A stretch of DNA of 64,000 bases from assembly GCA_964609905.1 (NCBI GenBank), contig CAZSUH010000004.1, positions 971-64,970 on the forward strand, read 5' to 3'. The stretch's first letter is position 1; each line of letters opens with the position of its first letter. This document shows, one piece after another, positions 24,230 to 34,481 of the stretch. The notes under the pieces were generated by a model. The model saw nothing but the letters and a program-made list of their open reading frames with translations. It did not search any database and had not been told where the DNA came from. Origin of the DNA: an uncultured Verrucomicrobiota bacterium (lineage in GTDB: Bacteria; Verrucomicrobiota; Kiritimatiellia; CAIKKV01). A program made the translations under genes and the position numbers.

Positions 24230-25137
24230 GTCCCGAATGCCTTTACGTAGAAATAGAGGACCGGCGCCGTATAGAGCAGGCTGTCGAACATATCGAGGAG
24301 GCCGCCCAGCCCTGGAAGCGCGTGCCCGGAATCCTTGGCTTCCACCGCCCGTTTGATCAGGGACTCCACCAGGTCGCCCACCGCGCCCAGCACCGTGAGC
24401 AGGAATCCGAGAATGAGTATGTCCCAGAGGCCGAGGTGCACATCCCCGAACGCGCGGCACCACCAGACCGATTCCGGCCGGCCCATGACCCGATAGACGC
24501 CCAGCCCGACCAGCATGCCGGTTACCACTCCGCCCAGCAATCCCTCCCAGCTTTTCTTGGGCGAAATGCGGGGGAACAACCGATGCTTACCATATCGGCA
24601 CCCCACAAACAGGGCACCGGCATCCGAAAACTTGACCGTGCAGAGCAGGTACAGAAGAAGGAATCGGCCGGTGGGGCCGACCGGCACACGCAGTCCCGCG
24701 CCCGGGTCGAAGCTCACCGCGAGCCGGAGCATGAAGGTGAGCAGATAGGCCACGTAAAACACGCCAAACAGCGTGCCCGCGATGGTCATGATCGGCTGGG
24801 TATTGAACTTCTGCGGGAACTGCCGGATCATCACCACGGCGATGGTCATGAATACGACAAACCGCTCCCAGTTGCCCAAGTCCGCCCGCGCGAGGCAGGG
24901 CCAATTCGGCAGCGCATCCAAGAACACCACCAGGAGAAGCGCCAGCCCGCAGGCGATGCCGAACCGGTCAAAAATGGGAAACGGCGGATCGGCTGCCCGG
25001 AACAGCGCGTAAAATTCCGCCATCAGCAGGCTTGTCAGGATCAGCATCAGGCCAAACGCCACCCAGAGCGGCAGATAAAAGATGGCCGCTATCGCGAGCA
25101 TCCCGCTCCCGATTCCGTAGACCAGCCGCAGTTTCAC
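24226..25137 (-). CDS. cdsA: Phosphatidate cytidylyltransferase
   Basis: Polytopic membrane protein with the ...SDAGALFVGCRYGKHRLFPRISPKKSWEG...GDLVESLIKR signature. GTG start at 25137 in a GTGA overlap with the uppS stop. Confidence 0.88.
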   Translation of the reverse strand: MKLRLVYGIGSGMLAIAAIFYLPLWVAFGLMLILTSLLMAEFYALFRAADPPFPIFDRFGIACGLALLLVVFLDALPNWPCLARADLGNWERFVVFMTIAVVMIRQFPQKFNTQPIMTIAGTLFGVFYVAYLLTFMLRLAVSFDPGAGLRVPVGPTGRFLLLYLLCTVKFSDAGALFVGCRYGKHRLFPRISPKKSWEGLLGGVVTGMLVGLGVYRVMGRPESVWWCRAFGDVHLGLWDILILGFLLTVLGAVGDLVESLIKRAVEAKDSGHALPGLGGLLDMFDSLLYTAPVLYFYVKAFGT

Positions 25138-25874
25138 GTCTGCTCCTCCCGCGCCGGCGGTTCCACGCCGCCGTACCGGCGGCGGCGGCGCCCATAGTCC
25201 CGGATCGCCTCGGCAAACTGTTCTTCCCGAAAGTCCGGCCACAGCACCGGCGTGAAATAAAATTCCGCATAGGCGGCCTGCCAGAGCAGGAAATTGCTGA
25301 CACGAAGCTCTCCGCTCGTGCGGATCACCAAGTCGGGATCCGGCACATCCGGCAAATAGAGATAGCGCGCAAACAAGGCCTCGTTCACCAAGCCGGGATC
25401 GAGTTTGCCGGTTTTGACCTCCTCGGCAATCCGTCGGGCCGCGGCGGCGATCTCCGTCCGCCCCCCGTAGCTGAGCGCCAGGATCAGTTGCCCCTCGCCA
25501 TAGGAGGCCGTGGCCGCCATTACGCGGTTCAGCCCTGCCCGGACCTCGACCGGCAGGTCCTCCAGCCGGCCCATGATCCGCAGCCGGATCTTTTTTTCGT
25601 GCAACACCGGCTCCTCGCGGGTCAGAAAGCGGACCAGCAGCGACATGAGCCCCGCCACCTCTTCCCGGGGTCGTGACCAGTTTTCCACGCTGAAGGCATA
25701 GAGGGTCAGATAGCGGATCCCCGCTTCCCGGCAGGCACGGACGGCGGCTCGCACCGACTCCGCGCCGGCGTCATGGCCCTTCCCCCGCGGAAGACCGCGT
25801 TGGACGGCCCACCGGCCGTTGCCATCCATGATGATGGCCACGTGCCGCGGGATGTTGACTACCGTTTCCGACAT
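25134..25874 (-). CDS. uppS: Isoprenyl (undecaprenyl) diphosphate synthase
   Basis: PRHVAIIMDGNGRWA...LTLYAFSVENWSRP...IRTSGELRVSNFLLWQAAYAEF. Confidence 0.93.
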   Translation of the reverse strand: MSETVVNIPRHVAIIMDGNGRWAVQRGLPRGKGHDAGAESVRAAVRACREAGIRYLTLYAFSVENWSRPREEVAGLMSLLVRFLTREEPVLHEKKIRLRIMGRLEDLPVEVRAGLNRVMAATASYGEGQLILALSYGGRTEIAAAARRIAEEVKTGKLDPGLVNEALFARYLYLPDVPDPDLVIRTSGELRVSNFLLWQAAYAEFYFTPVLWPDFREEQFAEAIRDYGRRRRRYGGVEPPAREEQT

Positions 25875-25895
25875 GGGCTCTTTCTTCCAGGCCGA

Positions 25896-27149
25896 TCAGA
25901 TCGCGATGCGGAACGTGCTTGCCCGGTTAGGCCCCACCGACAGGATCCCGAGCGGCACGCCCGTCAGGCGGCACAATTCGGACACATAATGGCGGGCCTG
26001 TTCCGGAAGGTCCTCGTACCGGGTGAGCGCGCTGGTTGGGCGCTTCCATCCCGGGTACTCCACGTAGACCGGCTTGCAGGCGGCCAGTACGCGGGCGTCG
26101 GAAGGGATCGTCTCGTACCGCGCGGTCCCGCACGCGTAGGCCACGCAGACCTTGATCGTGTCGCAGTCGTCCAACACATCGAGCTTGGTAAGCGCCCAGA
26201 AATCCACGCCGTTGACCCGAGCGGCATAGCGCCCGATCACGGCATCGAACCAGCCGCACCGGCGCGGCCGGCCGGTGGTGGCGCCGAACTCCCGCCCCCG
26301 CTGACGGAGCTGCTCGCCGACTTCATCCACAAGCTCGGTGGGAAAGGGGCCCTCGCCCACCCGCGTGGTATAGGCCTTAATGACGCCCACGACGCGCTCG
26401 AGCGCCTTGGGCGGCAGGCCGGACCCGGTGCTGGCCCCGCCGGCCGTGGAGTTCGAGGAGGTGACAAAGGGATAGGTGCCGTGATCGATATCCAACAGCG
26501 TGCCCTGCGCGCCTTCGAAAAGAATGGATTTCCCGGTCTTCCAAGCGTCATAGAGCAGGCAGGTCGTATCGGCAATGTACGGCGTGAGCGCGGCGGCGGC
26601 GGCGGCCAAGTCCCGGATGATCGGCTCGGGATCGACCCCTTCGCCCATGTCGCCCGCACGCGCCCGGACCCGCTCCTGCCAGCCTTTCACCAGAAGTTCG
26701 CCCATCCGGATGCCGGTGCGATGCGCCTTGTCGGCATAGGTCGGCCCGATTCCGCGCTGGGTGGTCCCGATCTTGCGGCCCGCCTCGGCGCGCCCCTCGC
26801 GCGCGGAATCCAGCCGGCGGTGCAACGGCAACACGATATGCGCGCGGTCGCTCACGAAAAACCGGCCCGCCAGCCGGATGCCGCGCGCCTCGAGTTCCTT
26901 CATCTCCCGGACCAGTTCCAGGGGATCCACGACCAGCCCGTTCCCGATCACGCAGAGCTTGTCCGGATACATCACGCCCGAGGGCACCAGGTGCAAAACA
27001 TAACGCTCGGAGCCGATTTCCAGCGTGTGCCCCGCGTTGCTGCCGCCCTGGTAGCGGACCACAACGTCGGCATCGCGGCTCAGAACGTCCACGATTTTGC
27101 CCTTGCCTTCATCGCCCCACTGGGCACCAATTAAAACCGTATTCGGCAT
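25896..27149 (-). CDS. purA: Adenylosuccinate synthase
   Basis: MPNTVLIGAQWGDEGKGKIVD...GTTQRGIGPTY...GPFPTE...TTGRPRRCGW. The start was moved to the ATG at 27149. Confidence 0.93.
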   Translation of the reverse strand: MPNTVLIGAQWGDEGKGKIVDVLSRDADVVVRYQGGSNAGHTLEIGSERYVLHLVPSGVMYPDKLCVIGNGLVVDPLELVREMKELEARGIRLAGRFFVSDRAHIVLPLHRRLDSAREGRAEAGRKIGTTQRGIGPTYADKAHRTGIRMGELLVKGWQERVRARAGDMGEGVDPEPIIRDLAAAAAALTPYIADTTCLLYDAWKTGKSILFEGAQGTLLDIDHGTYPFVTSSNSTAGGASTGSGLPPKALERVVGVIKAYTTRVGEGPFPTELVDEVGEQLRQRGREFGATTGRPRRCGWFDAVIGRYAARVNGVDFWALTKLDVLDDCDTIKVCVAYACGTARYETIPSDARVLAACKPVYVEYPGWKRPTSALTRYEDLPEQARHYVSELCRLTGVPLGILSVGPNRASTFRIAI

Positions 27150-27184
27150 CTCTCTCTCCTTGCGCACGCCGGGGGGGGCGGCCC

Positions 27185-28339
27185 TCAACCGGCGACCGCC
27201 TGCTTGACCGCGGCCGCCACGGCCGCTCGTTGCGCCTCGGTCAATTCGGGGAAAATCGGAAGCGCCAGCGTCTCCAAGGCCGCCCGCTCACTCTCCGGAA
27301 AATCGCCCGCCTGATACCCCAACGCCCGGAAACATTCCTGCAGGTGCAGGGGCACGGGATAATAGACGTCGTGCCCGATTCCCGCCGCGGTCAATTTTTC
27401 GCGCACCGTGTCGCGATTCGGCACGCGAATCACATACTGGTTGTAAATGTGCGGCTGAGCCAACCCCGCCTTCCCATACACACAGGCCGGCGTCCGGATC
27501 GCGGTGCCCTGGAACGCGGCGTCGTAAAACGAGGCATTCGCCCGGCGTCGGGCGTGCCAGCGGTCAAGGTGCGGCAGTTTGACCGACAGGACCGCCGCCT
27601 GCAACGCATCGAGCCGGAAATTTCCGCCGACCATGGGGTGATAATATTTCACCTGCGAGCCATGGTTGCGCAGGGCCTTGATCCGGGCGGCAAAAGTCTC
27701 GTCGGAAGTTGTCACCAACCCGCCATCGCCGAAACAGCCCAGGTTCTTGGAGGGAAAAAAGCTGAAACATCCCGCCAGCCCCATGGCCCCCACTTTGCGA
27801 GTTCCCGCGGCGGAGGGGTATTCGGCCCCGATCGCCTGGCAGGCATCCTCGATCACCGCCGCGCCATACTCCCGGCCCAGCGCCAGAATCGGATCCATGT
27901 CCGCCGCTTGCCCATAAAGATGAACCGGCAGGATCGCCTTGATCCGCAGGTTCCGGAACCGCTCTGGCGGATTCGCCAGCACCCGTCGCGCCTGGCCCGG
28001 GTCCAGGTTGAAGGTGACGGGATCGAGATCGGCGAAAATCGGAACCGCACCGAGCCGGGCCACACAACCGGCCGTGGCAAAAAAGGTGTAAGGCGTTGTC
28101 AGAACGGCATCTCCGGGGCCGATCCCCATTCCCATAAGAGCCGCCAGAATGGCATCCGTTCCCGAGGATACCCCGACGGCAAAACCCGAGCCGCAATAGG
28201 CGGCAGCCTGTTTTTCAAAGGCTTCAACACGGGGTCCCAGGATAAAATACTGGGAGTCGCACACCTCGTCGAGGACCTTGCGGAGTTCCTCGCGAAGCGG
28301 CGCATATTGGGGTTTCAAATCCAGCAGGGGTACCTTCAT
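27185..28339 (-). CDS. DegT/DnrJ/EryC1/StrS-family PLP-dependent sugar aminotransferase
   Basis: MKVPLLDLKPQYAPLREEL...YFILGPRVEAFE...SSGTDAI...FFPSKNLGCFGDGG. Confidence 0.88.
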   Translation of the reverse strand: MKVPLLDLKPQYAPLREELRKVLDEVCDSQYFILGPRVEAFEKQAAAYCGSGFAVGVSSGTDAILAALMGMGIGPGDAVLTTPYTFFATAGCVARLGAVPIFADLDPVTFNLDPGQARRVLANPPERFRNLRIKAILPVHLYGQAADMDPILALGREYGAAVIEDACQAIGAEYPSAAGTRKVGAMGLAGCFSFFPSKNLGCFGDGGLVTTSDETFAARIKALRNHGSQVKYYHPMVGGNFRLDALQAAVLSVKLPHLDRWHARRRANASFYDAAFQGTAIRTPACVYGKAGLAQPHIYNQYVIRVPNRDTVREKLTAAGIGHDVYYPVPLHLQECFRALGYQAGDFPESERAALETLALPIFPELTEAQRAAVAAAVKQAVAG

Positions 28340-28417
28340 ACGCTCCGTTCTCCAAAAGGGTGATATGTATCACCTTCACAAGCCGGAGTCAATCACGGTC
28401 ACGCACCACGGATAACA

Positions 28418-28446
28418 TTGCGCCTGTCGTCTGGCTTGCCTATAAT
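28418..28446 (+). promoter_or_regulatory. Putative sigma70-type promoter of the glycan operon
   Basis: TTGCGC (28418-28423), 17 nt, TATAAT (28441-28446). It lies in the AT-richer divergent intergenic region, about 83 nt upstream of the ATG at 28529. Confidence 0.45.
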
Positions 28447-28458
28447 GTGCCAAATTTT

Positions 28459-28495
28459 GCCCGTGGTGGGTTAAGCCATTGCATAATCCACGGGC
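28459..28495 (+). promoter_or_regulatory. 5'-leader hairpin (8-bp perfect stem, 21-nt loop)
   Basis: gcccgtgg-(21 nt)-ccacgggc, located between the putative -10 element and the flippase start. Confidence 0.3.
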
Positions 28496-28528
28496 ACGGA
28501 GTGTGTTGAATATGCAAGTTGAAATGAC

Positions 28529-29914
28529 ATGATATCATCTCTGCGGTCCCTGGCGGCCATGATTTACCGTTCGCCGGTGTCATGGATGTTCCTGACCACC
28601 GCTCTGAGGGTTGGCGGTTTCTTCTTGGTTATGGGTTTTGCCTTGCGCACGCTCGCCACAGAGGATATGGGGCTCTGGTTTGTGCTGACGAATATGACCA
28701 GCCTGGTCTGTGCGGTAGAGATCGGATTTCATACCGCTATCTCCCGAACGGCGAGTTATCTGTCCGGGGGAATGTCCCAGGTCCCGCCGGTCGGGGGATT
28801 GAACATCGTGCCCCGTCCGGGACAACCCAACGTCGCGGCGCTGGCAGGACTGGTCGATATGTCACGCAAGCTATATCGGTGGTTTGCCGTTCTGGTGGGC
28901 TGTCTCTTTTTCGGTGCGGGAGGGGTGTGGCTGATTTTTGTCAAGCCAGGGTATGTGCAAAGCCCGTCCCAGTGGCTAACCTTCCTATTGATCGGACTTG
29001 CAACGACCGTCAACATGGCGAGTCTCTTCTGGTGGCCGTTGTTGTTCGGCCTTAACCGCGTGCGGCAATACAACCAGCTACAGATCGGCGGGTTGCTCGC
29101 TAGTTACGGAGTATCCTTCGCCGGGTTGCGCCTCGGGTGGGGGTTGCCCGTCCTCGCCGTGGGGAACTTTCTGCTGAATTTCGTTCCCCGCCAGGCGTCC
29201 CGCAGATTAGTGACGCGCCTCATCCCGGCTGACGCATTTCCAGCGGCCACGGCGATTTCATGGCGGCTTCTCTGGCCCATCACTTGGCGCACGGGCGTCG
29301 TCACGCTGGCGTCCCTCATGATGGTGAACGCGACCACCTTGGTCTGCGCGCAGGTGTTCGACCTACGGACGGCGGCCAGCTATGGTCTCTCCATGCAACT
29401 CGGCCTGATGCTGCACGGACTGTCACAGAGCTGGCTGGTCGTCAAATACCCCGAGCTCAGCATGTTACGGGCGCGGGGCGAAAGCCGACTGTTCAACCGG
29501 ATCGTCCGGCGCAGAATCCTGCTTTCCCTGGCTTCTTACGGCATCGGGGCCATCACCCTGGTGGCCGTGTTGTCCCCAGTTATGCGGTTGATCCGCTCCA
29601 ATACGCTGCCACTGGAGCCCGCCGCTTTTTCGTGGCTCCTGCTGGCGCTCGGGCTGGACCTGTTCGTGAACCTGCACGCCGCCGTGCTCATCACCTCGGA
29701 AAACGCCACCCCCCACCTGCGCGCCTATGTGCTGACTGGCGGGATCGCGGTGACGCTGGCTTTTCTCTTGAGCCGGGCGTGGGGTGTCGGGGGCTTGATC
29801 GCAGCCCCGTTGATCGCGCTGATGCCCGTGCTGATCTGGTGGGTTCCGTGGAGATGCTGGAAGAGCCTGGCTGCGGCAGCCCGGTGCGACATGGCAACAA
29901 GCCCCGTATGTTAA
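28529..29914 (+). CDS. Polysaccharide-biosynthesis / oligosaccharide flippase-like membrane protein (Wzx/MOP-like)
   Basis: 461 aa with about 12 hydrophobic segments. It is the first gene of the glycan operon. The family call rests on topology and context only. Confidence 0.6.
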   Translation: MISSLRSLAAMIYRSPVSWMFLTTALRVGGFFLVMGFALRTLATEDMGLWFVLTNMTSLVCAVEIGFHTAISRTASYLSGGMSQVPPVGGLNIVPRPGQPNVAALAGLVDMSRKLYRWFAVLVGCLFFGAGGVWLIFVKPGYVQSPSQWLTFLLIGLATTVNMASLFWWPLLFGLNRVRQYNQLQIGGLLASYGVSFAGLRLGWGLPVLAVGNFLLNFVPRQASRRLVTRLIPADAFPAATAISWRLLWPITWRTGVVTLASLMMVNATTLVCAQVFDLRTAASYGLSMQLGLMLHGLSQSWLVVKYPELSMLRARGESRLFNRIVRRRILLSLASYGIGAITLVAVLSPVMRLIRSNTLPLEPAAFSWLLLALGLDLFVNLHAAVLITSENATPHLRAYVLTGGIAVTLAFLLSRAWGVGGLIAAPLIALMPVLIWWVPWRCWKSLAAAARCDMATSPVC

Positions 29915-29923
29915 AGGTGATCC

Positions 29924-30646
29924 ATGGATAGAGGCGACGCCACTCAACGAACGAATTATTTCCGATTCCGGCAGGCTATCCCTGAAACCGAAAAGATCGG
30001 CCCTCTACAGCCGTCGCTCATGAAGATTCTGCCACCCTCCAGGGAGGCCGCGATCCTCGATATCGGGTGCGGGTTCGGGGGGTTCCTCAACAGGGTCGGG
30101 AAACTGGGATATGCTCGCGCGCAGGGCATCGACATTTCGGAGGAATCGGTTTCCGCCTGCACGGCCGCTGGATTGGATGTCCGGGCGATCCGCGACATCC
30201 CCGCATTCGCCCGGGAGTCGGATCGTCGGTATGACTTCATCATGATGAGCCACGTGCTCGAGCATATTCCCAAACCGGCGGTCATTGAAACGCTGGCGGC
30301 GATTCGGGAGGGCCTTCTTAACGAGAAGGGGTCACTCTGCGTCATCGTGCCAAACGCGCAATCGGAAACAGGCTGTTATTGGGCTTACGAGGACTTCACC
30401 CACCAGACCATGTTCACGTCCGGAAGTTTGTTCTACGTCCTGAAAGCGGCCGGCTTCGCATCCGTACGGTTCGTCAATCCGGACGGATATGAGGATTATT
30501 CCGGAATACGCGCCTTCGTAAAAAAATGCTTGTTGAAGGCCTACATCGCCAACGCGCATTTCTGGCGGAAAATCACCTTGACTCAGATCCACACGCCAAG
30601 CCTCGAAACCTATACCTATGAACTCCGAGCCGTCGCCTCGAACTGA
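29924..30646 (+). CDS. Class I SAM-dependent methyltransferase
   Basis: ILDIGCGFGGFL...GIDISEE...DFIMMSHVLEHI. Confidence 0.8.
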   Translation: MDRGDATQRTNYFRFRQAIPETEKIGPLQPSLMKILPPSREAAILDIGCGFGGFLNRVGKLGYARAQGIDISEESVSACTAAGLDVRAIRDIPAFARESDRRYDFIMMSHVLEHIPKPAVIETLAAIREGLLNEKGSLCVIVPNAQSETGCYWAYEDFTHQTMFTSGSLFYVLKAAGFASVRFVNPDGYEDYSGIRAFVKKCLLKAYIANAHFWRKITLTQIHTPSLETYTYELRAVASN

Positions 30647-30739
30647 AAAGCGTTCCGCGGATTCCGCCCGTTCCGGCAACGCCTCGGCGGGAACAGGAGT
30701 TCCAATGGAAAAACGGCACCCAAAATCCGGAGTCCAGGC

Positions 30740-31417
30740 ATGAATGCAACGGACGGTCAGGACTATCTCCAGCGGTATGGGTTCAACCCGTTCGCGTCCA
30801 GCGCGCCGGAATGGTGGCTTCGCGATTTTCATCGCCGCCACGTGTCCTATTTCGCGGGTTGCACGCAAATCCTTGATCTGGGGGCGGGACCCGGTCTGTT
30901 TTTGGAAGAACTTCGGGAGGCGGGTCTTCACGGCGTGGGGGTCGAATCGTACGGGCCGGCCGTCCATCAAGGACGGGCGCGCGGCCTCACCTATTTAGAA
31001 AGCGACATCTTTTCCTTCTTCGCCTCGCCCGAGGGCCAAGCCGCGGCGGCCACGTGCGATGGCGTGTACTGCTGCCATGTTCTAGAGCATCTGGACCCGC
31101 CGCGCGTGTTTGAACTGTTCGACCGCATCCGGCGCCACTGCCATGCGGGGGTCCGCCTGAGGATGATCACCAACAATCCGGAAGACATTGGCGTGCTGGG
31201 CGGGGTGTTCTGGGGGGATCTCACGCATCGCCGTCTCTACCCGCTGGCGTTGCTGAAACGTATCGCGGAAAACCGCGGATTCCGGGTGGTTCAGGGCCGA
31301 ACGTTTCTGGGCGTCACGCTGGGAAAGCGGGATCGCATGCGCCGGCTTTTTGACCGTCTGTTCTGGGGACAACACAAATGGCGCCCGAACCTGCTTCTGG
31401 ATGCCGTGGCTGAATGA
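30740..31417 (+). CDS. Class I SAM-dependent methyltransferase
   Basis: ILDLGAGPGLFLEEL...GVYCCHVLEHL. Confidence 0.8.
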   Translation: MNATDGQDYLQRYGFNPFASSAPEWWLRDFHRRHVSYFAGCTQILDLGAGPGLFLEELREAGLHGVGVESYGPAVHQGRARGLTYLESDIFSFFASPEGQAAAATCDGVYCCHVLEHLDPPRVFELFDRIRRHCHAGVRLRMITNNPEDIGVLGGVFWGDLTHRRLYPLALLKRIAENRGFRVVQGRTFLGVTLGKRDRMRRLFDRLFWGQHKWRPNLLLDAVAE

Positions 31418-32481
31418 ACCGGCCGGCTGCCAATCTTGTTATCCGCCCCGAAAAGATCGGGGATCTGGTGGTGGCGACGCCCGCCATTCGGGCAATCAAG
31501 ACAACTTTCCCGAATGTGCCTTTGCATGTTTTGACAGATGAGATCAGCGCTGAACTGTTGCGACACGATCCCCACGTGGATCGACTGATAGCCGTGCCGT
31601 GGCGCGGTCCCCGACGGGGTGAACGGCCGTCCTGGAGGACAATTGGCGAGCAACTGGCAGGAACGCGATATGAACGCGCGGCCATCCTATATCCGAATTG
31701 CGAAGGATGGAATTTCCTGTGTGCCCGGCTTCGTATCCCCCAGGTGGCTCAACTCGGCGGAACCTGGTCATCGTGGATATTTCACCACCGCCGCGTGATG
31801 CGAGGTCACTACCGCAACCCCCACCACTACAGCGAATACTACCTGGAAGTGGCGCGTCAGGTGGGGGCCGCCATGCCCGCCGATTCCCTGCCGCACCTGT
31901 ATGTCCAGCCGGACGAACGAGCGGCTTTACGCACCCGGTTCCCCGCCTATTTCCAGGAATCGCCTCGGATTGTGATTCATCCTTTTGGGCTGACAACCCG
32001 CTTCAACCTGGGTTTGGAAGCCTACCAAAAGTTGGCGGTCGGACTTTCCGAGCGCTTTGGCGTCAAGGTGTACCTGATGGGCACACGACAAGAACGGCCT
32101 CAGGTGAAGGCTTTCCCCGCCGACCGAGTCGACAACGCCTTTCTGGACGGGCTAACCTTGCGCGAGGTGATGGGTGTTCTCAGCCTGGCGGACATCGTGA
32201 TCGGGGGGTCCTCCGGCATCGTGCATATAGCGGCTGCATTGGGTGTGGCAACGATCGGCCTGTTCTGTCCCTCCTACAACCACCATCTCGTTTGGGGGCC
32301 GAGAGGCCCTCTCGCGGAAACGCTGACGGTTGATCCCACCGTGTGCAAATGTCTCAAACACAGTGTTGAAACTTGCGCGAACCGCAAGTTTTGCGATATT
32401 TCCTTCGGTATTTCGGTGGCCAGAATCGCGGACCGGGTTGAGGCGCGATTGACGCAGAGTGAAAAACGCCGGCTGGATTGA
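31414..32481 (+). CDS. Glycosyltransferase family 9 (heptosyltransferase-like)
   Basis: LVIRPEKIGDLVVATPAIRAIK...VIGGSSGIVHIAAALGV. ATGA overlap with the upstream gene. Confidence 0.8.
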   Translation: MNRPAANLVIRPEKIGDLVVATPAIRAIKTTFPNVPLHVLTDEISAELLRHDPHVDRLIAVPWRGPRRGERPSWRTIGEQLAGTRYERAAILYPNCEGWNFLCARLRIPQVAQLGGTWSSWIFHHRRVMRGHYRNPHHYSEYYLEVARQVGAAMPADSLPHLYVQPDERAALRTRFPAYFQESPRIVIHPFGLTTRFNLGLEAYQKLAVGLSERFGVKVYLMGTRQERPQVKAFPADRVDNAFLDGLTLREVMGVLSLADIVIGGSSGIVHIAAALGVATIGLFCPSYNHHLVWGPRGPLAETLTVDPTVCKCLKHSVETCANRKFCDISFGISVARIADRVEARLTQSEKRRLD

Positions 32482-32485
32482 AACG

Positions 32486-33532
32486 ATGCGTGTCCTGATC
32501 ATCCGAGTTGACCATCTGGGGGACCTGATCTTGACCACACCGTTGATACGCAGCCTCGCCAAAGCCGGGCACGCGGTGGAGGTCATGGCGCGCCAAGCTG
32601 TTTTACCGGCCGTTCAATACAGCCCCTATGTGAAAGCGTGCTGGCCCCTGGAAAAAGCCGCACCCCAGTTTCCGAGACATTGGCTTCCTCTGGGCCGCTG
32701 GTTGAGAACGCGCCGCTACGATGCAATCCTGATCCCGCATGGCCGGCCCAAAGAGTTGTTGCTTGCCTCCGCCTGTTCGGGGGCACCCATTCGAGTGACT
32801 AGCTGGGCCGGCATCTGGGGGCGACTCACCCTCCACCGTTGCCTGCGATCCAATTTTCACAAGCAAACCGACCATGTCAGCCGTGTCATTCTGCGTTGCG
32901 GCGAAGCGCTGGGGGCGGCGCCGGACGGCCTGACGCCGGACATTATCGTCCCTCCAGAGGCACAGGAATGGGCACAACAGGAATGCCGCCGCCGGTTTTC
33001 CGGGTTGCGCCTTGTGGGCATTCACCCGGGGTGCGCCGGAAACACGTGCAACCTGCCCGCCTCCGAGTATGGACGACTGGCCGGCATGCTCATTCACCAC
33101 GGCAATCTGGCCTTGATCGCCACGGGAACAGCCTCGGAGAACGCTTTGCTGAAAGACTGGCCGGCCGCGGTTGTGAATGCGCCGCGTTTTTGGAACACCA
33201 TGGGCGAATTGGATCTGCTCAAACTGGCCGCGCTGATTCAGTGCCTGTCCCTGCTGGTGGTGACTGGCACGGGGCCTTTGCATATGGCCAGTGCTTTGCG
33301 GATAGCGACTGTTTCGCCTTTTTGCAGATTCCCTCCGCTGTCGGCGCCGGTGTGGGGAAACGTGGGCGGTCGAGGTATTGCGGTGGAACCACCGCGGGGT
33401 TTTTGCGAATCGGTGCGAACACGGGACAACCGCCATTGCGATTTCCGGGGAACGGTCAGGGCTGACGATCTATATCGGGCCGCATGCCGCGTGCTGAAGG
33501 AGGAACCGAATGCCGCGTATTATACAAAATAA
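32486..33532 (+). CDS. Glycosyltransferase family 9 (heptosyltransferase-like)
   Basis: MRVLIIRVDHLGDLILTTPLIRSLAKAGH...VVTGTGPLHMASALRI. The start was moved to the ATG at 32486. Confidence 0.8.
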   Translation: MRVLIIRVDHLGDLILTTPLIRSLAKAGHAVEVMARQAVLPAVQYSPYVKACWPLEKAAPQFPRHWLPLGRWLRTRRYDAILIPHGRPKELLLASACSGAPIRVTSWAGIWGRLTLHRCLRSNFHKQTDHVSRVILRCGEALGAAPDGLTPDIIVPPEAQEWAQQECRRRFSGLRLVGIHPGCAGNTCNLPASEYGRLAGMLIHHGNLALIATGTASENALLKDWPAAVVNAPRFWNTMGELDLLKLAALIQCLSLLVVTGTGPLHMASALRIATVSPFCRFPPLSAPVWGNVGGRGIAVEPPRGFCESVRTRDNRHCDFRGTVRADDLYRAACRVLKEEPNAAYYTK

Positions 33533-34013
33533 GATTTTGGACTGGAAACAACTCCTCGCCCTGCGTTCAGGCTGGAGAGATGAGAAGCGCGTGGTTGTCT
33601 GGACCAATGGCTGTTTCGACCTCATCCATGTTGGCCATATCCGGAGCTTGGAGGTGGCGCGCAGTTTCGGGGATGTTCTTGTTGTTGGGGTCAACAGCGA
33701 CGCTTCAGTCCGAAGGCTCAAGGGACCCCAGCGCCCGATCGTTCCAGCAAGCGAAAGAACCTTTGTCCTGGCGGCGCTGGAGTGTGTCGACTGCGTGATC
33801 GTTTTTGACGAGGATACCCCTGAAGAAGCCATTGCCCGGTTGAGGCCCGATATTCACTGCAAGGGGGCCGACTACGCGCCGCCGACGGGCAAACCGATTC
33901 CAGAAGCCGCCTTGGTACGCTCCTATGGCGGACAGATCCGATTCGTTCCGATGGTTGACGCGCGATCCACCAGTAAATTGATCGAGCGCATTCAGGCAAC
34001 GGAAAAGCGCTAA
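33510..34013 (+). CDS. hldC: D-glycero-beta-D-manno-heptose-1-phosphate adenylyltransferase (stand-alone RfaE domain II / cytidylyltransferase fold)
   Basis: VVWTNGCFDLIHVGHIRSLEVARSFGDVLVVGVNSD...LKGPQRPI...VIVFDEDTP. Confidence 0.8.
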   Translation: MPRIIQNKILDWKQLLALRSGWRDEKRVVVWTNGCFDLIHVGHIRSLEVARSFGDVLVVGVNSDASVRRLKGPQRPIVPASERTFVLAALECVDCVIVFDEDTPEEAIARLRPDIHCKGADYAPPTGKPIPEAALVRSYGGQIRFVPMVDARSTSKLIERIQATEKR

Positions 34014-34025
34014 TGGAGTGGGAGG

Positions 34026-34481
34026 ATGGATTCGCGGCGTATGCTGGGCGGGTTGTCTCGCACCGCCGATACGCCTGTTTATCTGGTTGTGCAACGGCCG
34101 TGTGGCGGGCAAACTATTGACGGGCATTTTTCTGGCGGCCGCCGGCGCACGATACGAAAGGAAACGGGCGTGCGGAACTGCATGGGTCAATGGGGCATTC
34201 ACGAGTTGGTGGCGCTGGTGAGCCGAATGACGGTTTATGTGGTGTCCGGCACGGGCCCCCCGCATGTGGCGGCCTGGGCGAGAATCAAGACGATTTCGCC
34301 GTTCTGTGCCACGCCCGGCCTCTCGCCTGCCATCTGGGGCAACACCAGCGGGAACGGCGTGACGCGGATGCCACCCGCGGCCTATTGCGCGGCAGTCCGG
34401 AAGCGGCGCCACGGCCATTGCGATTTCGGAGGGCATGTGACGGCGGAGACCCTGTGGCAAACGGTGAGTGGCGTCCTGTGA
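34026..34481 (+). pseudogene. C-terminal GT9 fragment (truncated, probably frameshifted paralogue of 32486-33532)
   Basis: ...VVSGTGPPHVAAWARIKTISPFCATPGLSPAIWGN...RRHGHCDFGGHVTAETLWQ matches ...VVTGTGPLHMASALRIATVSPFCRFPPLSAPVWGN...NRHCDFRGTVRADDLYR. The N-terminal Rossmann half is absent. An adjacent frame (34018-34221) holds a further weak GT9-like stretch. Confidence 0.5.
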
